Shown in pieces: positions 26,546-34,997 of a DNA stretch of 34,997 nucleotides. Position 1 is the first letter of the stretch. The number at the start of each line of letters is the position of its first letter. The DNA comes from Thermoplasmata archaeon HGW-Thermoplasmata-1 (GTDB lineage: Archaea; Thermoplasmatota; E2; GCA-002838935). The stretch lies in NCBI GenBank assembly GCA_002838935.1, contig PGXE01000003.1, forward strand, positions 1-34,997. The letters run 5' to 3'. The translations under genes and the position numbers were made by a program. The notes under the pieces are model-generated. The model was not told where the DNA came from and did not search any database. It saw nothing but the letters and a program-made list of their open reading frames with translations.

Positions 26546-26634
26546 CGTGTCTTCTTTTTTGTAAGCGCGTGTTTACTTTAAAAAGATTTACAGTTGGAAA
26601 CGGCTTGGCCGGCTGTGGAAAACCCGCGCGATTT

Positions 26635-29600
26635 TTAAAAGAAATCCGAGAGCTTCGATTTTTTCACCTTGTCGTTGTTGAACAGGGAATTTATGGAACT
26701 CTCCACGACTTGTATCCTCTGCTTCGTGTAGTCCGAGATTCCATACTTCTCCCCTATCTCCTTCGAAATCTCAAGATATTTCTTGACAGAGCCCTCATGA
26801 ACGGTGAGCGTCAGCTTGCCACCGCACTTGAGACAGACGCCCTTTATCGGCGGCCTTCTGAACTTGCGGTTGCATGCGGGGCAGCGGACGGTCTGCTTGC
26901 TGAAGCTCTTCAGGTTGCCGAGAAGGTCTGGCAAAAAGTGGGTCCCGATGATGCGCGACGCCACGTCCGCCTCGTCGACCGCCCGTATCTTCCTGCCAAG
27001 TTCCAGCTGCGCCTCCATCTTAGTCCGCATATCGCCAAGGGTCTTGTAAGCAGACGCGGACGGCCCTTCGGCTATGTCCGCCGTGTCGTTGGTGAAGCCG
27101 AATCCCTCGTACTGGGAAGGCGTTCCAAGCCTCCCCGAAACCGTGTCCATCAGCTTCTCGACCTCTTTTGGGTGCGCGTGCCTCTGGGTCGCACGGTAGA
27201 GTTCGAGTGGATAGCGTGACAGGCAGTCTACGTTGTGCGCCTCTTTGTCTATCTCGGAAGGGTCAAGCCGCGTCGTAAGGACGAGCGGCAGGTCCATGCG
27301 CCCGCCGCGCTTGTCGGGTATGTATGACCTGCTGAAGTTTAGAAGCCCGTCCATCAGAAGCATAACCGCGTCTTCGTCGCCGTCGCAGTTGCGGCGCTTT
27401 GCCGCATGGAAGAACGGGTGACCGTAGCAAACCTGTGCGTCCACGTAACCTATTATCCTGGAGAGGACACCGCCCGACGTGTGCGGCGCGAGGCCTATCG
27501 TGAAGTGGCCGACAAGACCGTTCATGTCGGTCGCATTGTAGAATCTTGGTTCGCCGTAGAGCTTTTCGAGGAGGTCGTCGACGAACTTCGCCGCGCGCAG
27601 GAGATACGTGCCGCACGATTTTGAAGGTATTATATCCTGCACGAACAGCTCGAGCGTTTGATCGTCGCGTTCGAGCTGGTCCCCGAGGTTGTCGTGCGCG
27701 TATCCGAGTTCCCTTAGGCGCTCCACCGTCGTCCCTATCTCGCACGGCTTGAAATGCGTCAGTGGCGCATCGGTCATGTCGAACCTTATAGTGCCGTCCT
27801 TGAACACGTAGATGCCGTGCTTTGCCCGGAGTATCCCTTTCTCCAAAAGTTCCGGCGTCTTGTTCCTCGAGGTCACGCCGATGACCGCCTTTATCGTTTC
27901 CGGCAGTATCGGTTCACCTATCCTTCTTTGCGCCTCGCGTAATTCCTGCCCGAGTTCGAGCGTCCTCTTTTCGATTCGCGCACCCGGGGCTAGCTCAACA
28001 GCCGTGGTGTGGCCGCCGCATCTGCATGCCGTACGATGCGTCTGCGCGCCGCAGGATTCGCATCTCCTGTTGCCGACCTCTACAGATATGAGCCCCTTTG
28101 CCGCAGCCTCGCGCAGCAGCCGTTGGTTGCCGCCGGCATCGCCTATCGGATAGAGTATGTGCGGAGGGGGCTGCATCTTTCTCGCATCCGCCTTTTCAGG
28201 TCGGCCCATCCTCGCGCCTATCCTAAACGGGGCCTTGGGCATGATGGTAATATCCGCAAACGCAGACACGAGGCCGAGCGCTGTCGCTCCATCCGGCGGT
28301 GATCGAGGGAATCTCCCGCTTTCGGCAACCTGTCCAGCTTTATCTTCAAGACCGAGGCAGAGCAACAACGTGTCGGCGTGCCTGTCGAATATATACATTC
28401 CATCCCTCTCGACGTGCAGCGCGCAGAGCGTTATGAGCGTGTCCTTTATCGAGGGGTCCGCGGGAATCGACAGCCGCCCCCCGGCGATTGTGCCGTTGTC
28501 GCGCAGATACGCGGACAGTTTCATCACCTCGCCCGGCGTTATATCATGCCAGAAAAGGGTGTAATCCGGGTGAAGGGGAATGCCGAATTTTTTGGAAATA
28601 AAAAGCGCATCTTCGAATGGTGGGTGTAGGAGGTCTGTTTCTCTGCCAATCTCTTTTGCAACGAGCGATGCCGCTATGGCATCCGCGCCGATGATCGCGC
28701 TCGCAGTGTTTTTTTCCGGCAGCCCGCCTAGTTTTTCCTGCAGCTCCTGAACCCACCATTCATATGAATAGGACGCGTCGGGCATGAGCGCGTTGTTCTC
28801 GGCGAACTCGCCAAACGGCACGAGTATCTCGCCCAAATCTATTATGCGCGACACTGCGGGCCTCACCTTTTTGGCCTCGGCGTAGGTGTCTACCTGCACC
28901 AGGTCGCCGTTGCCGAGAAGCACTATCGGCCCCTCTATCGAATCGCAGGGGGTGCCAAGCGTGCCCTTTCCCGGCCTCTCCACCTTCATCTGCGTCCCGA
29001 CAGCTATGAAGTCGTCTAGTATGTGCATCGTGGCGGGATTTATCGCGGTCGACGCGAGACCTGCGGTCCTCGCCCGGCCGTATCGAAGCCGAAAACCTCC
29101 CGGGCGCGAGGGGTGAGAAAGAACAGGCCTGCCTGCGATTATGTCGCGGATGTATTTAGTGGCGGGCGGTATCTCGGGTATCCCTCCCTCCGTTTTGTCC
29201 TCCTCGTCGTTCTTCGCCCCCTTGTTGACGAGGGTGTCGAGGAAGTCCCACCCCTCCAGTTTCAACCTCTTCACGTGTTTTTGTATCTTGGGAGCCTTGA
29301 GGCACATACCCTCCGCGAGCACGAGCATGGCGCCGCCGCGTATCCTGTTGGTCTCTATCCTCGGCAGGTCCCGATTGCCTGCTATCTCCTCGTCTTCGGT
29401 GCCCTCGCCGTCTATGCATATCGGGCAGCCGCGGACTATGGCCTCCACCTCGGCGTCGGAAGGCGTGTATTGCAACGAGGCGCATTGCCTGTAGGCGGGC
29501 ACCTCTTCCTTGTATCGCTCGACCTCCTTGTCCGTCGGCTTGAATTCTGCTATCCCGAACTCGCGCCTCACCACGTCTGCAAGAAGGACGCTCATCGCCT

Positions 29601-30111
29601 GGCCCGTCCCTCCGGCAGAGCGTATCGGCCCTGCAAAGAATAGGTCGACGTACCTCGTATTGTCGTGGTTGTTCTTTATCTTGACCTCGGCTATACCCTC
29701 GAGTGGGGCGACGAGGACGCCTTCGGTCAATATTGCTAGCCCTGTCCTTACCGACTGGTCTATCGCCGCTTCGGGCGTATGCATCCTGCCGAAATCGCCG
29801 CGTGCGACCTCCTTTGAAATCTGTATCGCCACCTGCTCCCTGTCCCCGATCTCCTTCGTGGCCTGCCTTATGCGCTCAGCCACGCCGACCGGCCCCACTA
29901 GCTGCTCGACGCGGGCGGCAAGGTCCTTTGCGGGCGGAATCTCCACCTCTTTCGAGGGGTCAAAACCCTTGTTCCTGGCCTTTTTCGCTCTGGCGTAGCA
30001 TTGCTCCATGTCGGTGTGTAGCCTTTCGAAATAGGCCCTCATGGGCGGGCTTGCCGCGACCTCGTCGCTCCCCCCGCCCGTGTTCTTCTCGCGGCTCATC
30101 TTGCGTTCCAT
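26635..30111 (-). CDS. polC: DNA polymerase II (PolD) large subunit DP2
   Basis: 1158 aa. The N-terminal YF..L......Y..A..AR..G.DP...VEI pattern is present, with conserved GPIRSAGGTGQA and several Cys clusters (CESCG...CRCGGH, CPACNRKF...CLKCGG). The length indicates no intein. Confidence 0.93.
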   Translation of the reverse strand: MERKMSREKNTGGGSDEVAASPPMRAYFERLHTDMEQCYARAKKARNKGFDPSKEVEIPPAKDLAARVEQLVGPVGVAERIRQATKEIGDREQVAIQISKEVARGDFGRMHTPEAAIDQSVRTGLAILTEGVLVAPLEGIAEVKIKNNHDNTRYVDLFFAGPIRSAGGTGQAMSVLLADVVRREFGIAEFKPTDKEVERYKEEVPAYRQCASLQYTPSDAEVEAIVRGCPICIDGEGTEDEEIAGNRDLPRIETNRIRGGAMLVLAEGMCLKAPKIQKHVKRLKLEGWDFLDTLVNKGAKNDEEDKTEGGIPEIPPATKYIRDIIAGRPVLSHPSRPGGFRLRYGRARTAGLASTAINPATMHILDDFIAVGTQMKVERPGKGTLGTPCDSIEGPIVLLGNGDLVQVDTYAEAKKVRPAVSRIIDLGEILVPFGEFAENNALMPDASYSYEWWVQELQEKLGGLPEKNTASAIIGADAIAASLVAKEIGRETDLLHPPFEDALFISKKFGIPLHPDYTLFWHDITPGEVMKLSAYLRDNGTIAGGRLSIPADPSIKDTLITLCALHVERDGMYIFDRHADTLLLCLGLEDKAGQVAESGRFPRSPPDGATALGLVSAFADITIMPKAPFRIGARMGRPEKADARKMQPPPHILYPIGDAGGNQRLLREAAAKGLISVEVGNRRCESCGAQTHRTACRCGGHTTAVELAPGARIEKRTLELGQELREAQRRIGEPILPETIKAVIGVTSRNKTPELLEKGILRAKHGIYVFKDGTIRFDMTDAPLTHFKPCEIGTTVERLRELGYAHDNLGDQLERDDQTLELFVQDIIPSKSCGTYLLRAAKFVDDLLEKLYGEPRFYNATDMNGLVGHFTIGLAPHTSGGVLSRIIGYVDAQVCYGHPFFHAAKRRNCDGDEDAVMLLMDGLLNFSRSYIPDKRGGRMDLPLVLTTRLDPSEIDKEAHNVDCLSRYPLELYRATQRHAHPKEVEKLMDTVSGRLGTPSQYEGFGFTNDTADIAEGPSASAYKTLGDMRTKMEAQLELGRKIRAVDEADVASRIIGTHFLPDLLGNLKSFSKQTVRCPACNRKFRRPPIKGVCLKCGGKLTLTVHEGSVKKYLEISKEIGEKYGISDYTKQRIQVVESSINSLFNNDKVKKSKLSDFF

Positions 30112-30200
30112 GACATAATGCCAAACCTGCGCTTTAACGTTTGGGGCGAGGTGGCGCGGGAAGGCGCAAGACTGCGCAGGGGTCGGACGGGAATGGGCGC

Positions 30201-30234
30201 GTTCCAGTGGAAATGAAGGGGTTCGAAAGAGGGG
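30201..30234 (+). promoter_or_regulatory. Origin recognition box (ORB)-like Orc1/Cdc6 binding site
   Basis: gTTCCAGTGGAAATGAAGGGGttcgaaagagggg matches the remembered archaeal ORB core TTCCAGTGGAAA followed by a G-string element. Confidence 0.6.
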
Positions 30235-30529
30235 AGTTTGAGTGGTTTATATAGCCTGTTTTTGAACCAGCCGGAAAACGATTTCCGGTGCGATAGTTAC
30301 GGACTTTAGTTTTCGGACGGTCTAGACATCACGAACAGAATTGCTACGCAATCCCTCGACACGGACTAATCCTCCCTTTGGTCGGATTGGCCATATTTCG
30401 GAATTTTTCAAAATTCCTCAACACGGGCGGAATGTTTCGCTTTCGCTTCAACATTCGCCCTATTTCGGAACATTGTTTGTGCCTTCGACTACGAACCAGC
30501 AAGCTTTATTTAGCGGGGCGGCAATTACG

Positions 30530-30552
30530 CCCTTCCATTCCACTGTTTCGGG
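30530..30552 (-). promoter_or_regulatory. Second ORB-like box in inverted orientation
   Basis: The reverse complement cccgaaaCAGTGGAAtGGAAGGG shares CAGTGGAA(A)TG(G)AAGGG with the box at 30201. It is less canonical because the TTCC half is degenerate. Confidence 0.45.
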
Positions 30553-30603
30553 TGCGTCCATTAAAACGCCACCGGAAACGGGCTGTCACACGAGGAGGAT
30601 AAG

Positions 30604-31854
30604 ATGGTCAAAGACCTGTTTGAATCTTTGCTCAAGGCAAGACCGATATTCAAAAACAAGGAAGTTATGCGCCCTGCATACATACCGGACATACTGCCAC
30701 ACCGGGACACCGAGATAAGGCACCTTGCGGCCATCCTCGTGGCGGCGCTTCGCGGCGAGACCCCGTCGAACGTCCTTATCTACGGAAAGACCGGAACCGG
30801 AAAAACGGCGGTCGTGAAGTACGTTGGCAAGGAACTGGAAAACAAGGGGGTCGAACTGGGAAAGCCCACAAGGCACATCTACCTGAACTGCGAGATAGTC
30901 GACACCCAGTACCGCGTACTGCAGAACATAGCGAATCATTTTATAACCGAATGGAGCGACAGGGTGCCTTTTACGGGCTGGCCGACAGACGAGGTTTATG
31001 CCAAGCTAAAGCAGATGATGGATAGCGAGGGGGGCGTGACCGTCATAACCCTCGACGAAATAGACAAGCTCAAGGGTGACGAGGTGCTCTACAACCTCAC
31101 GAGGATAAACTCGGATCTCAAGCGGGCGAAGGTATCGGTTCTCGGCATCTCGAACGACCTCAAGTTCACCGAATTTTTAGACCCGCGTGTAAAGAGCAGC
31201 CTCGGCGAGGAGAACATGATCTTCCCACCATACGATGCCGACCAATTGCGCGACATCCTGAACCAACGCGCAAAGATGGCTTTTCGGGAAGATGTGACCG
31301 ACGAAGGAGTGATAGCCAGATGCGCGGCGCTCGCGGCGCAGGAGCACGGCGACGCCAGGCGGGCGCTCGACCTTCTGCGGGTCGCAGCCGAGATAGCCGA
31401 GCGCGACAAGGCCAAGGAGATAACCGAGAAGCATGTGAAGCTCGCGCAGAACAAGATAGAGCTCGACCGCGTGACCGAGGTGACATCGAGCCTGCCGATG
31501 CAGTCTAAGCTCGTCCTCTTCTCGATTATCGTCGGGGAGGATCTCTCTCGCGCCGCCGGGCAGAAAATGGGCCTGACGACGGGAGAGGTCTTTGATATCT
31601 ACAAAGAACTTTGCAAGAAGACCGGCGCCGACGTCCTGACGCAGCGGCGCATAGCCGACCTTATTTCTGAGCTGGACATGCTCGGCATAATAACGGCGAG
31701 GGTCATCTCCAAGGGCAGGTACGGCAGGACGCGGGAGATACAGATGAGTGCCCAGCCGGACAAGATCCGCGAGGTTCTCGGAAACGACGAGCTACTCAGC
31801 GCGATACGTGACTTCCGCCCCAGGATACAGTCCCGCCTGGGCGGAAGTTTCTAG
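30604..31854 (+). CDS. cdc6: Orc1/Cdc6 replication initiator (AAA+ ATPase with a C-terminal winged helix)
   Basis: Walker A is YGKTGTGKTAVV and Walker B is ITLDEID. A sensor and arginine region (GDARRALDLLRVA) and a winged-helix tail are present. SD GGAGGA lies 4 nt before the ATG. Confidence 0.93.
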   Translation: MVKDLFESLLKARPIFKNKEVMRPAYIPDILPHRDTEIRHLAAILVAALRGETPSNVLIYGKTGTGKTAVVKYVGKELENKGVELGKPTRHIYLNCEIVDTQYRVLQNIANHFITEWSDRVPFTGWPTDEVYAKLKQMMDSEGGVTVITLDEIDKLKGDEVLYNLTRINSDLKRAKVSVLGISNDLKFTEFLDPRVKSSLGEENMIFPPYDADQLRDILNQRAKMAFREDVTDEGVIARCAALAAQEHGDARRALDLLRVAAEIAERDKAKEITEKHVKLAQNKIELDRVTEVTSSLPMQSKLVLFSIIVGEDLSRAAGQKMGLTTGEVFDIYKELCKKTGADVLTQRRIADLISELDMLGIITARVISKGRYGRTREIQMSAQPDKIREVLGNDELLSAIRDFRPRIQSRLGGSF

Positions 31855-31995
31855 CGCGAGAGTGTGAGATCTCACGCTGGGCGTTCATCACACCTATGCC
31901 TGATACAGCACCGCCCAGGTGGAAGTTTCTCGCGCCAACGCACACCAAAACATCAAATAGTGATAAATACAGAACCGCGGAACCGAAATATGCAG

Positions 31996-32916
31996 TTATT
32001 TATTCCTATCGCGAACCGCGGTCGCCTGCTCTATATTCTCTTCTTTTTCCTTTCCCGCCTTCCGCTTTTCGATAATAGACGTCGTCACGTCCACCGCAAT
32101 CGGGACGGTCACGATGGCTGCGATGCAGATCCCGAGGCAGACCCAGAGATCTGTGGGGGCGTACGCCCTTCCGACCCTGCTCCAGCCCTCTTGCGGATAG
32201 ACGTTGTTGCCCTGTATCGCCAGTTTTATCAGCCCGAACCACGGTATCTCGCCGCGCGACTTGCCTATTATCCACTCAGGCAATATCGGTTCTGTGCAGA
32301 TGCTGCCGCCCTGATCGTAGGCTCCGTTGTTGTTGTCGCCGAGCGTTATGAATCCGTCATGCCTTGCAGCGGGGTTTGAGAGAAGCGCGGCAAGGTTCAG
32401 CCGCACAGTCGCGCCGTTGTATCCGTAGCCCTCTATCGTCACAGTGCCGCTTTGGCCGTAAAGCCCGAGTTCCGGTAAGTCGTACGACCCGGTATCTTCG
32501 TCGTAATCTAGCCACAGCACTGCGCGGTGTATTATCGGCGTTCTGTTCGCGGCGTTATACGGCCTGTATATTATGACGTCGCCGTAGGTGCCGTATCTTT
32601 GCCTCGCGCCGCCGGCGTTGCTTTCGTAAGCGTATGTCGCAACGTCCTCGCGCACGCCCGTCCGCTTCACGAGCACTAGGTCGCCGGGATCGATAGTGCC
32701 AAGCTTCCCGTACGGGGAATCGTCGTGCATCATCGAGCCCGACTCTATGACCACCATGGGGGCGGTCTTGGGAAACGGCTGCCCGGTATAGCCCCACAGG
32801 GCGGACATTATGATTGCTACCGCGGCGATTGCGATGGCGACGTCCCTTAACGCAGCCAGGTAAGGGGTGCGGCCCTTCCATATGCCGCGAAGCGTCTCTC
32901 TCGTTTTGGATTTCAT
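31996..32916 (-). CDS. Signal peptidase I, archaeal/eukaryotic Sec11-like S26B type, with an extra C-terminal TM segment
   Basis: N-terminal TM anchor, catalytic Ser box ESGSMMHD, His box TPIIHRAV and the GDNN...D box (ITLGDNNNGAYDQ). At 306 aa it is long for the family, because of an insert between the His and GDNN boxes and a C-terminal TM plus Lys/Glu tail. Confidence 0.8.
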   Translation of the reverse strand: MKSKTRETLRGIWKGRTPYLAALRDVAIAIAAVAIIMSALWGYTGQPFPKTAPMVVIESGSMMHDDSPYGKLGTIDPGDLVLVKRTGVREDVATYAYESNAGGARQRYGTYGDVIIYRPYNAANRTPIIHRAVLWLDYDEDTGSYDLPELGLYGQSGTVTIEGYGYNGATVRLNLAALLSNPAARHDGFITLGDNNNGAYDQGGSICTEPILPEWIIGKSRGEIPWFGLIKLAIQGNNVYPQEGWSRVGRAYAPTDLWVCLGICIAAIVTVPIAVDVTTSIIEKRKAGKEKEENIEQATAVRDRNK

Positions 32917-33040
32917 TTGTTCACGCTCTCAATCCCGCCCTTTCTTAAAAGAGTTTCTTATGCGGCGCACGGGGAAAGGTGCAGGTCAGTGCACAATACT
33001 AAAAAGAGGAGAGACTATTTGGTTTTGAAGAAGTGACCGG

Positions 33041-34735
33041 ATGCGAAAGATAGTGGAATTTTTTAGCGAAAGGGGCACCCTGGTTCAACCGGAAGCCGCT
33101 GAATATCTGAGCAGAATAGAGGATCCGCTGGCGTTCGCCGTCCGGCTTGCCGAGAAGCTGAAAGAAGCTCCACTCATGCTGACACTCGATATGGTGAAGG
33201 AGTTCGAGGAATCCTCGGCGGAGGAAGAAAGTGATGCGGCGGCAGTGGCGCCGTCCGCTGAAAGCGCAGGGCAGAAGAGGGCGGTTTCCCGCATCCTCGA
33301 CCTGCTTGAAAGAGGCGGCCGCAGGACCGGGGGAGACGAAGAGGGGGAAGAGCCCGGGGATGAGGCCGGAGCCGACGGCGATGACGGGGGGGGCGGAGAG
33401 GACCAGGACGGCGGGCCGACGAAGGGCGGGCGGCTTTTCGATTACCACATAAGCAAGGCGCCGGGCTGGAGGCCGCTTGCCGCGGAATACGATGCCGCGC
33501 TCGAAATAAAGTCGGACGTTACCGGCAACTCGACCTGCGAGGGCACGCTTAAGGATTTCTCGCTGCTCTTTTCGGACCGATACGACTCGCTTTCCAAGCT
33601 GCTGCGAAGGCAGAGGCGCGAGGTGATGAACGCGCTGCCTCTTGGCAGGATAAAGAATGCGCCTTCGAACGAGTTGCAGTTGATAGGCATGGTCTCGGAT
33701 GTCAGGACCACCGTGAACGGGCACCGGTTGATAGAGCTCGAGGACGACACCGGAACGGCGACCACGATAGCCCTGAAAAGCAACCCCGACGCCATCTCGC
33801 TTGCCGAAACCGTGATAATGGACGAGGTCGTGGGGATAACGGGCAGGCTCTCCAAGAACGGCGAACTCGTTATAATAGAGAACCTCGTGAGGCCTGACGT
33901 TTCTATGCACCGCACGCCCAACAGGGCGGAACTTCCGCTGTACGCCGCATTCGCATCGGACGTGCACATAGGCTCTAACACCTTTCTCGAAAAAGAGTGG
34001 GAGGGGATGCTCAGATGGCTCAACGGCAACGTCGGCAACGGGCGGCAAAGAGATGTTGTCGGCAAGATAAAATACCTAATCTTGCCCGGCGACGTCGTCG
34101 ACGGTATAGGAATATACCCGAATCAGGACAAGGAGCTTCTGATACCCGACATATACGGCCAGTACGATGCCCTTGCAAAGCAGCTTGAGATGGTGCCCGA
34201 CCACATCCGGATCATAGTGCAGCCCGGAAACCACGACGCTGTCCGCCCCGCAGAGCCGCAGCCCGCCTTCTCCCGCGGCATACTTGAGCTATTCCCGTCA
34301 GGCAATATCTCCTTTGTCGGCAACCCCTGCAAGTTCTCGCTGCACGGGGTTAACGTGCTCTCATACCACGGCCAGTCGCTGATAGACTTCGCCACCAAGA
34401 TACAATCCCTCACATACGACAAACCCATGCCAATAATGAAGACCATGCTCAGGATGAGGCACCTGGCCCCGTTCTACGGCGGCAGGACGCCGCTTGCGCC
34501 GGAGCACAGGGACTACATGGTGATCGACGAGGTGCCGGATATCTTCGTTACCGGGCACGTCCACCTCACGGGGGTCGACACCTATCGGGGCGTAACAATG
34601 ATCAACGCATCGGCGTGGCAGTCCCAGACCGACTACCAGAAGATGATGAATTTCATACCCGATCCGGCGAAGCTGCCTGTAGTCGACCTCAAGAGCGGCT
34701 CTACCACGGTGGTCGATTTCTCCAGACCGCTGTGA
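33041..34735 (+). CDS. polB: DNA polymerase II (PolD) small subunit DP1 (Mre11-like phosphoesterase/exonuclease)
   Basis: Calcineurin-like phosphoesterase motifs are present: FASDVHIGS, LPGDVVDG, QPGNHD and VTGHVH. The N-terminal DP1 domain is followed by an acidic Gly-rich linker (GGDEEGEEPGDEAGADGDDGGGGEDQDGG) and an OB-fold region. Confidence 0.92.
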   Translation: MRKIVEFFSERGTLVQPEAAEYLSRIEDPLAFAVRLAEKLKEAPLMLTLDMVKEFEESSAEEESDAAAVAPSAESAGQKRAVSRILDLLERGGRRTGGDEEGEEPGDEAGADGDDGGGGEDQDGGPTKGGRLFDYHISKAPGWRPLAAEYDAALEIKSDVTGNSTCEGTLKDFSLLFSDRYDSLSKLLRRQRREVMNALPLGRIKNAPSNELQLIGMVSDVRTTVNGHRLIELEDDTGTATTIALKSNPDAISLAETVIMDEVVGITGRLSKNGELVIIENLVRPDVSMHRTPNRAELPLYAAFASDVHIGSNTFLEKEWEGMLRWLNGNVGNGRQRDVVGKIKYLILPGDVVDGIGIYPNQDKELLIPDIYGQYDALAKQLEMVPDHIRIIVQPGNHDAVRPAEPQPAFSRGILELFPSGNISFVGNPCKFSLHGVNVLSYHGQSLIDFATKIQSLTYDKPMPIMKTMLRMRHLAPFYGGRTPLAPEHRDYMVIDEVPDIFVTGHVHLTGVDTYRGVTMINASAWQSQTDYQKMMNFIPDPAKLPVVDLKSGSTTVVDFSRPL

Positions 34736-34756
34736 TTTTTTATCCGGTCTGACCGG
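34736..34756 (+). terminator. Oligo-T tract and palindrome directly after the DP1 stop
   Basis: TGA at 34733-34735 is followed by tttttt (34736-34741) and ccggtc-t-gaccgg (34744-34756). Confidence 0.45.
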
Positions 34757-34806
34757 AGGAACCCCTTTATTTCGTATGGAAAAGCAAAAATGCCGTTTGC
34801 GCCGAC

Positions 34807-34902
34807 GCGAAAGAAGAAACAAATAGTAATCTCTCTTCCAGTCGTATCTCTCGGTTCGCTTGCGGTGACGTTTGGGACGTGAAAGAAGAAACACTATTAA
34901 TC
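34807..34902. repeat. Two imperfect ~25-bp direct repeats 72 bp apart in the low-GC region downstream of DP1
   Basis: gcgaaagaagaaacaaatagtaatc (34807-34831) and gtgaaagaagaaacactattaatc (34879-34902) share an exact 13-bp core, gaaagaagaaaca. The upstream flank tttg.g..acg is also similar. The window ends 95 bp later. Confidence 0.5.
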
Positions 34903-34997
34903 GAGGCTGACTATTAATACCAAAAAAAGCCTAAAAAGAGGAATCCCGTCCAATCTTTTGATTAATGATTTTGTGATTGGCAGAAATTCATTGCCAT

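Larger units (their letters stand above)
30112..30603. other. Predicted chromosomal replication origin (oriC) between the divergent PolD-large and orc1/cdc6 genes
   Basis: A 492-bp noncoding gap immediately upstream of orc1/cdc6. It holds an ORB-like box at 30201-30234 and an inverted ORB-like box at 30530-30552. Three palindromes lie between them: ccggaaa-acga-tttccgg (30271-30288), ggaatttt-tc-aaaattcc (30400-30417) and gggcggaatgtt...aacattcgccc (30425-30460). There are also locally AT-rich stretches. Confidence 0.65.

Noticed and set aside
26591-26623. Two mini-ORB-like motifs (cagttggaaac and ctgtggaaaac) between the PolD-large and nhaC genes
   Set aside because: Both deviate from the CAGTGGAAA core by an insertion or substitution, lack the G-string, and lie 3.5 kb from orc1. 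This is too weak to call a second origin without a genome-wide motif count.
30218-30236. ggggttcgaaagagggg resembling a tRNA T-arm (GGTTCGAA)
   Set aside because: The flanking bases cannot form a T-stem, and there is no acceptor, D or anticodon arm nearby. The stretch is part of the ORB G-string region.
32999-34048. 349-aa minus-strand ORF antisense to the DP1 gene (also 33442-34065)
   Set aside because: DP1 is unambiguous in the plus frame, with all phosphoesterase motifs. The antisense product is Arg/Pro/Val-rich without motifs.
34361-34894. 177-aa minus-strand ORF overlapping the DP1 3' end and the downstream repeats
   Set aside because: It is mostly antisense to conserved DP1 coding sequence, has an Arg-rich product and no start context.

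Overview
This is an archaeal chromosomal segment, moderately GC-rich by eye. The archaeal assignment rests on both subunits of the D-family DNA polymerase (PolD), Orc1/Cdc6, a DRG-type GTPase and an archaeal-type S26 signal peptidase. All calls come from reading the supplied translations and the raw DNA against remembered family motifs; no search was run.

I support 23 protein genes and see no rRNA, tRNA, CRISPR array, transposase or integrase.

Gene content, left to right:
- a small zinc-ribbon protein and an AMP-forming acyl-CoA synthetase
- protein-L-isoaspartate methyltransferase and carbamate kinase
- an orphan lipobox protein and the DRG GTPase
- a Na+-pumping oxaloacetate decarboxylase operon (oadGAB)
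- a roughly 1750-aa acidic secreted repeat protein ending in about 16 thrombospondin-type-3 (TSP3) Ca-binding motifs, next to a lipobox-bearing animal/Bacteroidetes-type glutaminyl cyclase (M28 fold)
- the ADP-forming acetyl-CoA synthetase alpha subunit
- an OPT peptide transporter translationally coupled to a small orphan membrane protein
- a phosphate module: a stand-alone Lrp/AsnC ligand-binding (RAM) domain protein, PhoU, a Na/Pi cotransporter with an N-terminal zinc ribbon, and a divergent AbrB-PhoU regulator
- an NhaC antiporter
- a replication island: PolD large subunit, a predicted oriC with inverted origin recognition boxes (ORBs), orc1/cdc6, signal peptidase I, PolD small subunit

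The metabolic genes (OPT, M28, ADP-forming synthetase, carbamate kinase, Oad) fit a peptide-fermenting, Na+-cycling lifestyle; that is inference only.

Most of the window is ordinary core genome. I do not see a clear multi-gene novel system such as a defence island. The items most worth follow-up are:
- the giant repeat protein and the adjacent glutaminyl cyclase
- the predicted origin
- the zinc-ribbon-fused Na/Pi transporter
- two unexplained hairpin-rich noncoding stretches (1-165 and 2496-2938)
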